This document shows, piece after piece, positions 39,424 to 48,598 of a DNA stretch of 64,000 bases. Position numbers and translations under genes: made by a program. This DNA is from Candidatus Omnitrophota bacterium. GTDB taxonomy: Bacteria; Omnitrophota; Gorgyraeia; Zapsychrales; Zapsychraceae. The notes beneath the pieces are model-generated. The model did no database searches, was not told the DNA's origin, and saw only the letters and a list, made by a program, of their open reading frames with translations. How positions within the stretch are numbered: position 1 is the first letter of the stretch; each line of letters starts with the position of its first letter. The stretch lies in assembly GCA_029261055.1 (NCBI GenBank), contig JAJDCA010000044.1:13867-77866 (forward strand), written 5' to 3'.

Positions 39424-39490
39424 GGGCATGATAAATCATGCCCGTACAACGAGGTCGTGTTGTCCGTAGGGGCATAATTTATTATGCCCA
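39424..39490. repeat. REP-like stacked palindromic element, copy 2
   Basis: GGGCATGATAAATCATGCCCGTACAACG is identical to copy 1. It is followed by ACAAC..GTTGT and GGGGCATAAT-TT-ATTATGCCC palindromes. Sits in the Rieske-cytochrome b intergenic region. Confidence 0.6.
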
Positions 39491-39526
39491 ATATAAAATT
39501 ATCTTATCGATATCTGGAAATAATTA

Positions 39527-41065
39527 ATGCCTATCAAAAAATTTTACCAAAATCTTAAACAATTACCTCAAACGTTTATCGAATCCATTATTCGCAATGA
39601 TAAACCTACGTCTGATCGAGCGCGTAGCCAGGCGGTGTTTGGAAACATGTTCCTTCATATTTTCAGCACACGTATTCATCGTTATTCGTTAAAAAAGACA
39701 TTCACCTTTGGATTAGGTATCATATCTGCTTTTTCCTTTATAATCCTTATTGTCACAGGCATTCTTTTAATGATTTATTACAAGCCATCAGTCGAATTGG
39801 CCTATGATTCTATCAAAGACATTCAATACATTGTCCCTGGTGGTCGATTTATTCGTAATGTGCATCGCTGTGCTACCAATGTTATGATCGTGGCTGTTTT
39901 TCTTCACATGGCAAGAGTCTTTTATACGGCGGCTTACAAACGCACGCGTTCTTTTAATTGGGTTTTAGGCATTGGACTTCTTGCCTTAACGCTGATGATG
40001 AGTTTTACAGGTTATTTGCTTCCCTGGGATCAGTTAGCCTATTGGGCAGTTACGATTGCGACGAATATTGCGGCTTCAACCAGTGAATTAACGGATGCAT
40101 TAAATATTACGGCTTATTTTGATCCAGGACATGTCATTAAGGTTCTTTTGTTAGGATCAGAAAATATTGGGCAGGATGCCCTAACGCGTTTTTATTGGCT
40201 GCATTGTATTATTCTTCCAGTGGCCTTGGTGATGGTTTTGGCCGTGCATGTATGGCGTGTGCGCAAAGATGGAGGATTGGCCAGGCCGGATACACTTACA
40301 GAAGAAGATTTGAAAGGTACGCCGAAAGATCCGCTTTCTGATAAGGTTTTTAATCATGCGCCGCAGAAAACATACGGTTTAATGTGCCTGGTTAAAGGGA
40401 AGTCCAATGCTGTCAGCAGAGGACCGGAACAAACCGTTTCGAGCTGGCCTCATATGATGATTCGTTTAGTAGGGTTGTTTATGCTGACATTTGCACTATG
40501 TTGTATTTATGCCTATTTTGTTGAAGCTCCGCTTAAAGAAATGGCTAATCCCGCCGTACCAGAAAATCCTGCCAAGGCACCATGGTATTTTCTAGGTTTG
40601 CAAGAATTAGTTTCTTATTCTGCTTTTATGGGAGGCGTCGGCATTCCAACCTTAGCCCTTTTAGGATTAGCTTTAATTCCGTATTTGGACAGAGAAAATC
40701 AAGAAATTGGGCGTTGGTTTGATGATAAAAAAGGGAAGAAAGTCGCCATACAATCTTTCATTTATGCCTCCGTTGTTGTGATCGGTATGCTTATTTTTAC
40801 GGTGAGTTTTGGATGGTTACGCAATTGGTTTCCTGCCATTCCTCAGCTGGCGATTACATTTATTAATCCGGGAACCATATTAGTTGGATTTTATGTCGGG
40901 TGGTCTTTATATTGTATGGCCAAATATAAATCAACACGCATGTCGGCGATTGCTTTATTTACATGTTTTCTTGTTGGCTTTTTAGTTTTAACGTATTTTG
41001 CAACCTTTCACCGTGGACCAAATTGGGATTTTTATTGGCTAAAGAGCCAGTGGCCTATTCATTAA
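39527..41065 (+). CDS. petB: Cytochrome b (fused cytochrome b6 / subunit IV-like, long form)
   Basis: 512 aa with ~9 TM helices. The His pairs on helices (HRCATNVMIVAVFLHMARV ... HCIILPVALVMVLAVHVWRV) have the spacing of the bL/bH haem ligands. Follows the Rieske gene. Confidence 0.85.
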   Translation: MPIKKFYQNLKQLPQTFIESIIRNDKPTSDRARSQAVFGNMFLHIFSTRIHRYSLKKTFTFGLGIISAFSFIILIVTGILLMIYYKPSVELAYDSIKDIQYIVPGGRFIRNVHRCATNVMIVAVFLHMARVFYTAAYKRTRSFNWVLGIGLLALTLMMSFTGYLLPWDQLAYWAVTIATNIAASTSELTDALNITAYFDPGHVIKVLLLGSENIGQDALTRFYWLHCIILPVALVMVLAVHVWRVRKDGGLARPDTLTEEDLKGTPKDPLSDKVFNHAPQKTYGLMCLVKGKSNAVSRGPEQTVSSWPHMMIRLVGLFMLTFALCCIYAYFVEAPLKEMANPAVPENPAKAPWYFLGLQELVSYSAFMGGVGIPTLALLGLALIPYLDRENQEIGRWFDDKKGKKVAIQSFIYASVVVIGMLIFTVSFGWLRNWFPAIPQLAITFINPGTILVGFYVGWSLYCMAKYKSTRMSAIALFTCFLVGFLVLTYFATFHRGPNWDFYWLKSQWPIH

Positions 41066-41118
41066 TGAGCACATAATTTATGGAGCGTAAGCGAACATAA
41101 ATTATCTGTGCGAATTAA

Positions 41119-41159
41119 CCCTGCGAAGCTCAACGCGAAAGCAATTGAGCGAAGCAGGG
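41119..41159 (+). promoter_or_regulatory. Structured 5' leader hairpin upstream of the decahaem cytochrome gene
   Basis: CCCTGC-GAA-GCTCAA-C-GC[GAAA]GC-AA-TTGAGC-GAA-GCAGGG forms a two-tier stem with symmetric GAA/GAA internal loops and a GNRA tetraloop. GC-rich in an AT-rich region. Confidence 0.4.
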
Positions 41160-41168
41160 TAAAATAAT

Positions 41169-43745
41169 ATGAAAAAACTCATTATATTTTCCAGTCTTGT
41201 CATCATCCTCGTTCTTCTTGCCGAAGCCAAGCGCGAAAATTTGAGCATGGATTGGCAAAAATATCAGAAGCAATACCGCAGTGAATTACTTCAATTAGCT
41301 GAAACACCTCAAGAAAAACAAATCGCCAAACAATATGCAATTCAAATGCGTCAGATTGTTCTTCCGGAACAAAATAAAGTGGATCGCTGTACGATTTGCC
41401 ATGTCGGTGTAGAAGACGGACGTATGGCCGATAAACCTAATCCACTTAAAACACATCCGGGCAATTATTTGGAAGTTCATGAAGTAGAAAAAACTGGATG
41501 TACCATTTGTCATGACGGACAGGGACGGGCGATTACCTTTGCTGAATCCAAAGCCCATGCTGAAGATAAATTTTGGGAAAAACCTGTTTTAAATAAACCC
41601 TTTGTGGAAGCAAATTGTTACCGTTGTCATCAAAATACGCTGGCCGCCACGCCGAATTATAATCACGGAAAAGAGTTGTTTGACACGAACGGATGTTTAG
41701 GGTGCCATCAAATTAATGGGAAAGGCGGCATCAAAGGACCGGATCTTTCTAATTTAGGTAATGCCAATTTTCACGTCAAAATGCCGACAGATCATAACCG
41801 TCATGACCTTTTACACAAATTCGACGAAAATGTTAATTTGGCCTATATTTATGAAGCCGTAAAAGATCCGCATGCCCAGCCGCTTGATTCCGCCATGGTC
41901 GATTATAAATTTACAGATGAAGATTCAATTGCTTTAACGGTGTATTTAAAAAGTTTATTAGATGATAGCGTACCTAAAGATTTATTAGCCACACGTAAAC
42001 CCCAAACACCTCTGACACCTTTACAACATGGCCAGCAATTATATGGCATGTATTGCATAGCCTGTCACGGGGAGGAAGGTAAAGGCACACATTTAAACGA
42101 ACTTAGTAAAATCGGACCGGCGATCGGTAACACCGAATTTTTGGCGATTGCAGATGATAAGTTAATCAATCATGTCATCAGTTTTTCAAGGGGTGGTGAA
42201 ATGCCGCCATTTAAAAAGAGTGGAGGACTGACAACCGAAGAAATTGCTCATATTACGGAATACATTTTATCTTTGAAAAAAACGCCGCCTTCGTTTGAAG
42301 AAGTCAGCACCGTTGAAGGAAATGCAAAATACGGCGCAGCTTTTTTTGCTACCAATTGTGCCAGCTGTCACGGTGCCGATGCCAATTTTGAACAAGACCT
42401 TGTTGGTCCCACATTAAATAATCCAACCCTTTTAGGTTTAGCCACGAAAGAATTTTGGTATGACACTATTGTCAACGGTCGCCTCGGCACCGCCATGCCT
42501 TCATGGCATTTTTTAAATAAAACCCAAATTGCCGATGCGATTGCTTACCTTGAATCTCTCAAGCCTGAGCCACTTGATACAAAGAAGGTATTGGCCTTAA
42601 TACAAAAAGGGGCTTCACTGGAAAACGGGGAAAAACTTTACAAAGGAAATTGTTCAAGTTGTCACGGTTTATCCGGTGAAGGCGGTTTAGCCCCAAGCCT
42701 TAACAATAAAGAATTCCACCAAATTACCGATGCGAAATTTATTTTAAAGGTCTTAATCGAAGGCCGCGAAGGTACAGCCATGCCGAGCTGGAACCATTTA
42801 CCCGAAGAAAATGTGGCTGACCTGATTGCTTACATTAAATCATGGCAGGTGGGTGATTCTGTTGAATTGTCGAACGAGCGTATCATCAGCTCGGAGATAC
42901 AAGGAAAAGCCTTGTTTCAAGAATCGTGTCAAAAGTGTCACATGGTGGGGCGGGGTAGTGTAGTGGCACCGGCTATTTTTTCCAAAGGATTTCTCCGACA
43001 GGCGAGCGATCAGTACATAAAGCACAGCATCATGTATGGACGCGGGCACACCGCCATGCCGCCGGCCTTAGTCGGTACAAGCGGTGTGGTTGAGTTAACA
43101 GATGAAGAAATCAATTCCATGGTGGCCTACATCCGTTCATTTGAAAAATTCCCGGTTGAACTTAAAGGGATGTCCATGTACTACGGTAACAATGCTGAAG
43201 GAAAAGAATTGTTCGGTCGCAGTTGTGCGCAATGTCACGGAGATCATGGTGAAGGCGGCGTTGGTCCGGCGATTGGGAAAAAAGGATTTTTGGATAGTGT
43301 TTCCGACGGATTTATTTATGCGATGTTGCGCATAGGACGTCCAGGATCTGAAATGAAACCATTCCCGCCTCACGGAGATGGTTTTAGTAATTTAAGTGAT
43401 ACTGAAGCTTCCGATATTATCAGCTTTTTGCGATCTAATATTTCTAACGCCGAGAAACATACGAAAAAGGTTAGAGGTTATGCCCAGAGAGGTAAAGAAT
43501 TTTTTGCTGCGTATTGTGCGCAATGTCATGGAATAAATGGACAAGGTGGCATCGCTCCTGATTTGAATAATAAGAATTTTATGGACTCTGTGTCCGATAG
43601 TTATTTACAAGCAACGATGTCATTGGGACGACACGGCACTCAAATGAAACCCATGATGAAAGGTGGAAGCGGGGTTGTTGAACTTTCATCACAGGAAGTT
43701 AATAATATTATTAGTTATTTGCGATCATTGATCGAAATAGAATAG
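41169..43745 (+). CDS. Multihaem c-type cytochrome (about 10 CxxCH), N-terminal multihaem region plus tandem class-I monohaem domains
   Basis: Signal/anchor MKKLIIFSSLVIILVLLA. CxxCH motifs: CTICHV, CTICHD, CYRCHQ, CLGCHQ, CIACHG, CASCHG, CSSCHG, CQKCHM, CAQCHGDHG, CAQCHGING. The last six are each followed by a Met-containing GTAMP / GxxM motif typical of His/Met monohaem domains. Confidence 0.85.
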   Translation: MKKLIIFSSLVIILVLLAEAKRENLSMDWQKYQKQYRSELLQLAETPQEKQIAKQYAIQMRQIVLPEQNKVDRCTICHVGVEDGRMADKPNPLKTHPGNYLEVHEVEKTGCTICHDGQGRAITFAESKAHAEDKFWEKPVLNKPFVEANCYRCHQNTLAATPNYNHGKELFDTNGCLGCHQINGKGGIKGPDLSNLGNANFHVKMPTDHNRHDLLHKFDENVNLAYIYEAVKDPHAQPLDSAMVDYKFTDEDSIALTVYLKSLLDDSVPKDLLATRKPQTPLTPLQHGQQLYGMYCIACHGEEGKGTHLNELSKIGPAIGNTEFLAIADDKLINHVISFSRGGEMPPFKKSGGLTTEEIAHITEYILSLKKTPPSFEEVSTVEGNAKYGAAFFATNCASCHGADANFEQDLVGPTLNNPTLLGLATKEFWYDTIVNGRLGTAMPSWHFLNKTQIADAIAYLESLKPEPLDTKKVLALIQKGASLENGEKLYKGNCSSCHGLSGEGGLAPSLNNKEFHQITDAKFILKVLIEGREGTAMPSWNHLPEENVADLIAYIKSWQVGDSVELSNERIISSEIQGKALFQESCQKCHMVGRGSVVAPAIFSKGFLRQASDQYIKHSIMYGRGHTAMPPALVGTSGVVELTDEEINSMVAYIRSFEKFPVELKGMSMYYGNNAEGKELFGRSCAQCHGDHGEGGVGPAIGKKGFLDSVSDGFIYAMLRIGRPGSEMKPFPPHGDGFSNLSDTEASDIISFLRSNISNAEKHTKKVRGYAQRGKEFFAAYCAQCHGINGQGGIAPDLNNKNFMDSVSDSYLQATMSLGRHGTQMKPMMKGGSGVVELSSQEVNNIISYLRSLIEIE

Positions 43746-43754
43746 GAGATTATT

Positions 43755-46421
43755 ATGCCAAAATCTAAGGGATCTATAACACGAAGAAATTTTTTGAAAG
43801 GAACTGTCGCTGGCGCAGCCGCGTTAGGCATGTCGGATACATTGTTTAGCCCGACTAAGGTCATGGCCGAGGAATTAGGCCTTGTTAATAAAGTTATCGA
43901 GATGCCGGCACAATGTCCCTATTGTGGCGTCGGGTGTGGCTCCATTATTAAATTTGATCAAAAATCTGCAAAGATTATCGGCGTTGTCCCGGATAAACAA
44001 CATCCAACCAATAAAGGCGTGCAATGCATTAAAGGATTAAATGCCGACGAACCAACTTATGTTGATCGACTTAAAAAAGTCTTAGTACGAAAAGATATGA
44101 GTGATCCTTTAAGAGGGTATGTATCTAAATCTAAAGGTAGCTTTGATGACAAAGATTTTCATGAAGTTTCTTTTGAAGAAGCCGAAGAATTGGTCGCCCA
44201 TAAAATGGGGGAAATTTACAAAGCACATGGTGGCAACAGTATTGGATTATACGGTTCAGGCCAATTGACCGTTGAAGCGCAGTGGATCGAAAACAAACTC
44301 GTTAAAGGTGTTTTAGGTTCCAACTCCATTGAAGCGAATGCCCGTATGTGTATGACGTCGGCTGTAACGGGCTATTTTGCAACCTTAGGCAGTGACACCC
44401 CACCACTTTCGTATGACGATATTGAAATGTCGGATATGATTACCTTCTGGGGGCACAATCCTCGAGGAGCTCACCCGATTGTCTTTTGGCGTGTGGCAGA
44501 TCATAAAAAATCTAAAGACATCCCAACCGTTGTGTCTGATCCCAGAAGAACAGGATCTGTGCAAGCTTTAGAAGGCATTAATCCACGGAATAGTTTTCAT
44601 TTTCAAAGTATCAACGGTGATATTTCGATTTTAAACGCCATCGGCCATGTTCTCATTAAAGATCATGAAGATATTATTGATTATCCTTTCTTAAAAGAAC
44701 ATGTAACAGGTTGGCAAAAATACGTGAAGATGGTCACAGAAGAATACTCTCCGGAACAAGTACAAGATCGTTCAATGGTAGATCCGCAGCTTATACGCAC
44801 GGTCGCCGCTCAATGGGCAGATGCGACGCGTAAACGCAAACGCCGTGGAACTGGTGGCGTCATTTCTTTCTGGGGTATTGGTTATAATCAACATCTGCAT
44901 GGACAGCATAATGTCATTAGCCTTATTAATCTCCATGCCTTAACAGGCAATATTGCTAAGCCGGGATGTGGTCCATTCTCCATGACAGGACAACCAAATG
45001 CCATGGGTGAACGACTTATGGGGGGATTAACAGGACGCCTTCCTTTTAATATCGGCATAGAGAATGAAAAACATCGTGATTGGATTGGAAAAATTTGGAA
45101 TGTTCCCAAAGAACGTATGGACAAAATGGCGATGGAGAAAAATCCTGGAATGATGATCGGTTTATTTGAACGAGCAATGAAAGGTGATGTAAAGGGTATG
45201 TTTTATATGTACACAACCCATATTCATCAACCGGATCTGAATACATTGATTCGACCTGCTCTTTCTAAATTATTTCTTGTTGTCCAAGATATTTACCGGC
45301 ATGCCCCGAATAACCTTTATGGCGATGTCATCTTTCCAGCTTTGACCTGGGGTGAATGGCAGGGGGGAACATACATTAGTTCAGAAAGACGATTTAACGT
45401 CGTTGACGGTATTGGAAAAGGTGCACCCGGACTTGAAAATTGTGTTCCTGATCTTGATTTGGCCATTGATAAAGGAAAAAAATTGGCCAATATAGTCGGT
45501 TTAGACGGCGATAAAATTTTCCCTTATAAAAAGAAAAAATTTCATCCAGATGGGCCCATGCTTTATGATTCTGAAGAAGTGTTTGAAGAAATCATACGAG
45601 GTTCTAAGGGAACGGATGCTGATTTAACAGGTATGTTAGAAGTGCGCGATCGTGACGGTATCGGCCTTTATGAGCAACTTCGTCGTTTAAGAGGCATGCA
45701 ATGGCCGGCGCCAACCTATGAAATAGCCAAACAAGGCGGCGTTAAACGACGCTATATGGGGCAAGAAGGATGGAAAGATAAAACATATGGTATGTTTCGG
45801 CATAAGGACGGTAAGTTGCATATGAAAGCTTGCCAACAGGATTATTCTAAAAGAAAAGAAGTTACGGCTGAATTAGAAAAATTTGGAACAGTAGAAGGTT
45901 ATTATACCATTGATCATCCGGAAGTATTAACCAAGGCGCGCGATATGGCCCTCACACCGGAGATGCCGGATTCTGAAGATCTTGGAAAACATTGGAAAGA
46001 AATCCCGAAAAATAAATACCCGTTCTGGCTTGGTTTAGGAATCGTGTATGAACATTTTCATACAGCCAAAACGATTCGCGGCGCAACCACTCGACGTTTG
46101 GTACCGGAACAGTATGTAGAAATGCATCCGGATGACGCCGAAGAAAATGGTCTGCGTGATGGAGATCAAATAAAGGTTATTACACGACGGGGCGAATATC
46201 AAGGGCGTGTCAGTGTCGGGGGGTATCGTAGTAAAGTCAAGCCGGCACGAAATGAAGTGCCGAAAGGATACATTTTTTCTCCATGGAATTTATCTGTGGC
46301 GGATTCGGCAGATCCGAAAAAAAATAAATGGTTAGTTAATGCCGTTTCTCACAGAGCCTATGATCCTGTTTCCGGTCAAGCTGACTTCAAAAAACTTGCG
46401 GCTCGGATTGAAAAGATTTAA
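43755..46421 (+). CDS. Divergent periplasmic NapA-like bis-MGD molybdoenzyme (nitrate-reductase-like; substrate not proven)
   Basis: 888 aa. TAT signal (ITRRNFLKGTVAGAAALG). N-terminal 4Fe-4S box CPYCGVGCG ... C-x-KG aligned to NapA. NARMCMTSAV aligns to the NapA Mo-ligand cysteine region (NARLCMASAV in the canonical NapA at 61197). Confidence 0.85.
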   Translation: MPKSKGSITRRNFLKGTVAGAAALGMSDTLFSPTKVMAEELGLVNKVIEMPAQCPYCGVGCGSIIKFDQKSAKIIGVVPDKQHPTNKGVQCIKGLNADEPTYVDRLKKVLVRKDMSDPLRGYVSKSKGSFDDKDFHEVSFEEAEELVAHKMGEIYKAHGGNSIGLYGSGQLTVEAQWIENKLVKGVLGSNSIEANARMCMTSAVTGYFATLGSDTPPLSYDDIEMSDMITFWGHNPRGAHPIVFWRVADHKKSKDIPTVVSDPRRTGSVQALEGINPRNSFHFQSINGDISILNAIGHVLIKDHEDIIDYPFLKEHVTGWQKYVKMVTEEYSPEQVQDRSMVDPQLIRTVAAQWADATRKRKRRGTGGVISFWGIGYNQHLHGQHNVISLINLHALTGNIAKPGCGPFSMTGQPNAMGERLMGGLTGRLPFNIGIENEKHRDWIGKIWNVPKERMDKMAMEKNPGMMIGLFERAMKGDVKGMFYMYTTHIHQPDLNTLIRPALSKLFLVVQDIYRHAPNNLYGDVIFPALTWGEWQGGTYISSERRFNVVDGIGKGAPGLENCVPDLDLAIDKGKKLANIVGLDGDKIFPYKKKKFHPDGPMLYDSEEVFEEIIRGSKGTDADLTGMLEVRDRDGIGLYEQLRRLRGMQWPAPTYEIAKQGGVKRRYMGQEGWKDKTYGMFRHKDGKLHMKACQQDYSKRKEVTAELEKFGTVEGYYTIDHPEVLTKARDMALTPEMPDSEDLGKHWKEIPKNKYPFWLGLGIVYEHFHTAKTIRGATTRRLVPEQYVEMHPDDAEENGLRDGDQIKVITRRGEYQGRVSVGGYRSKVKPARNEVPKGYIFSPWNLSVADSADPKKNKWLVNAVSHRAYDPVSGQADFKKLAARIEKI

Positions 46422-46455
46422 AATACAAAACTAAAGACCGTAAAGCTCAGACTTT

Positions 46456-46490
46456 AGACCAAGGATTAATTTAAAATCTTTGGTCTTTTG
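46456..46490 (+). terminator. Candidate rho-independent terminator after the NapA-like gene
   Basis: AGACCAAGG - 13-nt loop - CTTTGGTCT gives a 9-bp stem with one G-U pair, followed by TTTT. Confidence 0.5.
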
Positions 46491-46583
46491 TCTATGCAAG
46501 AAAATCGCCTTTGTCGATAACCTGAAGGCGTATTTTTGGTGCCGATAGGAAAGTTTTATACTTTCCTATACGGGCAAAAAATT

Positions 46584-47171
46584 ATGATCAGAAGAAATTT
46601 TATTAAACGCACCTTAATATTTTTTGCCGCGAGTACTCTTTATTCACTCATGGGAAACCATGTGGTCTTTGGAAAAACCAGAAAAATATTCAAGAAATAT
46701 TTACGCCCCCCCGGAGCTCTTCCTGAAAAAGATTTTTTAGCGACGTGTATTAATTGTCATCGTTGCGGACAAGCCTGCCCCAGCGATTGTATTCAGTACA
46801 TTAATGATCCATTAAATCCTTCAATGCACGACACGCCCTACATTAATCCACGACAGAAGGCTTGTATTCTTTGCATGAAATGCACACAAGCCTGCCCGTC
46901 AGGATCTTTACAACGTATTGATAATGATGATTCCGATTCTATTCACAAACACGTAAAAATGGGAATTGCGGTTGTGGATACAAATATTTGCAATTCTTAC
47001 AATGGATATTCCTGCGGCGTATGTATCCGGGCTTGTCCTTTAGGAGAAGAAACTTTAAAAACAGGCAACTGGGAACGTCCAATCGTTAACCCTGATAACT
47101 GTGTTGGCTGCGGGCTTTGTGAACAAAGCTGTATTCACTATCCACAGGCGATAAGGGTAGAACCGATATGA
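46584..47171 (+). CDS. napG: NapG/MauM-like periplasmic 4x[4Fe-4S] ferredoxin, TAT-exported
   Basis: MIRRNFIKRTLIFFAAS TAT-like signal. Four ferredoxin boxes (CINCHRCGQACP, CILCMKCTQACP, CGVCIRACP, CVGCGLCEQSC). I set the start at the internal ATG rather than track ORF 46536. Confidence 0.75.
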   Translation: MIRRNFIKRTLIFFAASTLYSLMGNHVVFGKTRKIFKKYLRPPGALPEKDFLATCINCHRCGQACPSDCIQYINDPLNPSMHDTPYINPRQKACILCMKCTQACPSGSLQRIDNDDSDSIHKHVKMGIAVVDTNICNSYNGYSCGVCIRACPLGEETLKTGNWERPIVNPDNCVGCGLCEQSCIHYPQAIRVEPI

Positions 47172-48598
47172 TCACAAAATTTCGACGACTAATTCAATGG
47201 AGTATTTTCTTAGGCATCATCCTCATTACTGTCTTAAATTATTACGAAAACCAAAAAGTAAAATATGGAGGAGAGTTGGTTATTCAAGAATCACCCATTT
47301 TACGGACTGTAGATAAAATTTTTGGGCAGCTTGAAAACCGCACAAAAATTGTCACTTTTTTACAAGGGGATGTTTGGTCGTTTCAAATAGGCTCTATTAA
47401 AATTACGGATCCATTGGCCTTTATTGGCAATATCAGTCGCACCAAAGCTATCTATTGGCCACTTTTTTTAGCCGCTTTAATCCCGATCATTCTGACAATT
47501 CTTTTAGGAAAAGTGTTTTGTAGTTGGATTTGTCCGATGGGACTTTTGTTTGAATTAAATGCAAAATTACGCACCGTGTTACAAAAATTCGCTTTACCGT
47601 TAGGTAATTTTACATTGCCTCCTTGGTGCAAATATATTGTATTAGGCGGTGGAATTTTTACAGGGCTTGTTTGGGGTGCCCATTATTTCTTTCTGATTTA
47701 TCCCCCCAAAATTATTTCCGGTGAAATTTATTTTAGTGTCATTAAATCTTCATTAGGATATGGCGTTGCATTTCTTTTTCTGCTTTTAGCGATTGAATTA
47801 TTTCTTGCCCCACGATTTTGGTGTCGTTCGCTTTGTCCCGGAGGGGCATTGTACACCTTATTGAGTCAATTTCGCTTTTTACGCATTAAAAACGATTTAA
47901 ATCGCTGCACAAACTGCGGCATTTGCGATACCTTGTGCCCATATGACATCACCCCGTCCAAAGGAAAATTATCATTGGAATGTGATCATTGTTCTCTATG
48001 TATTACTAAATGCCCAGTCAAAAGCCTTTCTTTTAAGATGCCCAACCGTACACACACCCCCGGGGTGTGTATATGGTTAATCTTAACCATGTGTCTTTTT
48101 TTCAATGCGACAACGGCATCAGCGCATCATATCCGCGGATTACCACATTATGGATATTCTGAAAATTATCCGCAGACGCCAACGTATGAAGAAATTCGTG
48201 TGGTTGATGATTGGAAAGTTAATTTTTCATATATAAAAATTTTTGAAACCAAAAATTGTGATTTAGCTGTTTATTTAAAAAATACAAAAACCGGGAAACC
48301 ATATGCTGGAAAAATTCGGTTTAAAGTTTTTGGCGAAAGGGAAGACCCTGAAGCTTCGCCTTATTATGATACGCATTTTGATCCAACCAATACGTTCCGC
48401 GTAGGATGGGCTTATGAATTGGATGGTGTTTACATTGTGAGAGCCCAATTTTTTGATGAAGGCAAAGAGTATATTGAAGATTTTCGTATGCAAATAGGCA
48501 AAGTTGGATTTAATCCGTTATGGTGGGCTATTCCAGGAATATTTGTTTTAATTTTAATCATATTAATTGCTGTGAAACAACGGAGGAGCTCTAAATGA
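47168..48598 (+). CDS. napH: NapH/MauN/CcoG(RdxA)-family membrane polyferredoxin with C-terminal periplasmic beta-domain and terminal TM
   Basis: TM helices with CSWICPMG and CRSLCPGG (CxxCP) motifs. Two ferredoxin boxes (CTNCGICDTLCP, CDHCSLCITKCP). ~170-aa C-terminal extension ending in a TM helix, as in CcoG/FixG. ATGA overlap with napG. Confidence 0.75.
   Translation: MITKFRRLIQWSIFLGIILITVLNYYENQKVKYGGELVIQESPILRTVDKIFGQLENRTKIVTFLQGDVWSFQIGSIKITDPLAFIGNISRTKAIYWPLFLAALIPIILTILLGKVFCSWICPMGLLFELNAKLRTVLQKFALPLGNFTLPPWCKYIVLGGGIFTGLVWGAHYFFLIYPPKIISGEIYFSVIKSSLGYGVAFLFLLLAIELFLAPRFWCRSLCPGGALYTLLSQFRFLRIKNDLNRCTNCGICDTLCPYDITPSKGKLSLECDHCSLCITKCPVKSLSFKMPNRTHTPGVCIWLILTMCLFFNATTASAHHIRGLPHYGYSENYPQTPTYEEIRVVDDWKVNFSYIKIFETKNCDLAVYLKNTKTGKPYAGKIRFKVFGEREDPEASPYYDTHFDPTNTFRVGWAYELDGVYIVRAQFFDEGKEYIEDFRMQIGKVGFNPLWWAIPGIFVLILIILIAVKQRRSSK

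Noticed and set aside
43755-46421. The 888-aa molybdoenzyme as arsenite oxidase AioA, nitrite oxidoreductase NxrA, or formate dehydrogenase
   Set aside because: AioA lacks its own TAT signal and is partnered by a small Rieske subunit immediately adjacent. NxrA/NarG-type enzymes are ~1100+ aa with an Asp ligand context. No selenocysteine-type in-frame TGA or FdhB-like partner is present. The FeS box and Cys-ligand region align best with NapA. Formate dehydrogenase is not fully excluded.
47168-48598. Calling this gene simply napH
   Set aside because: Its length and C-terminal periplasmic domain plus TM are closer to CcoG/FixG/RdxA architecture. I retained the NapH-family label with this caveat rather than assigning it as cbb3-oxidase accessory protein CcoG, because no cbb3 oxidase genes are nearby.
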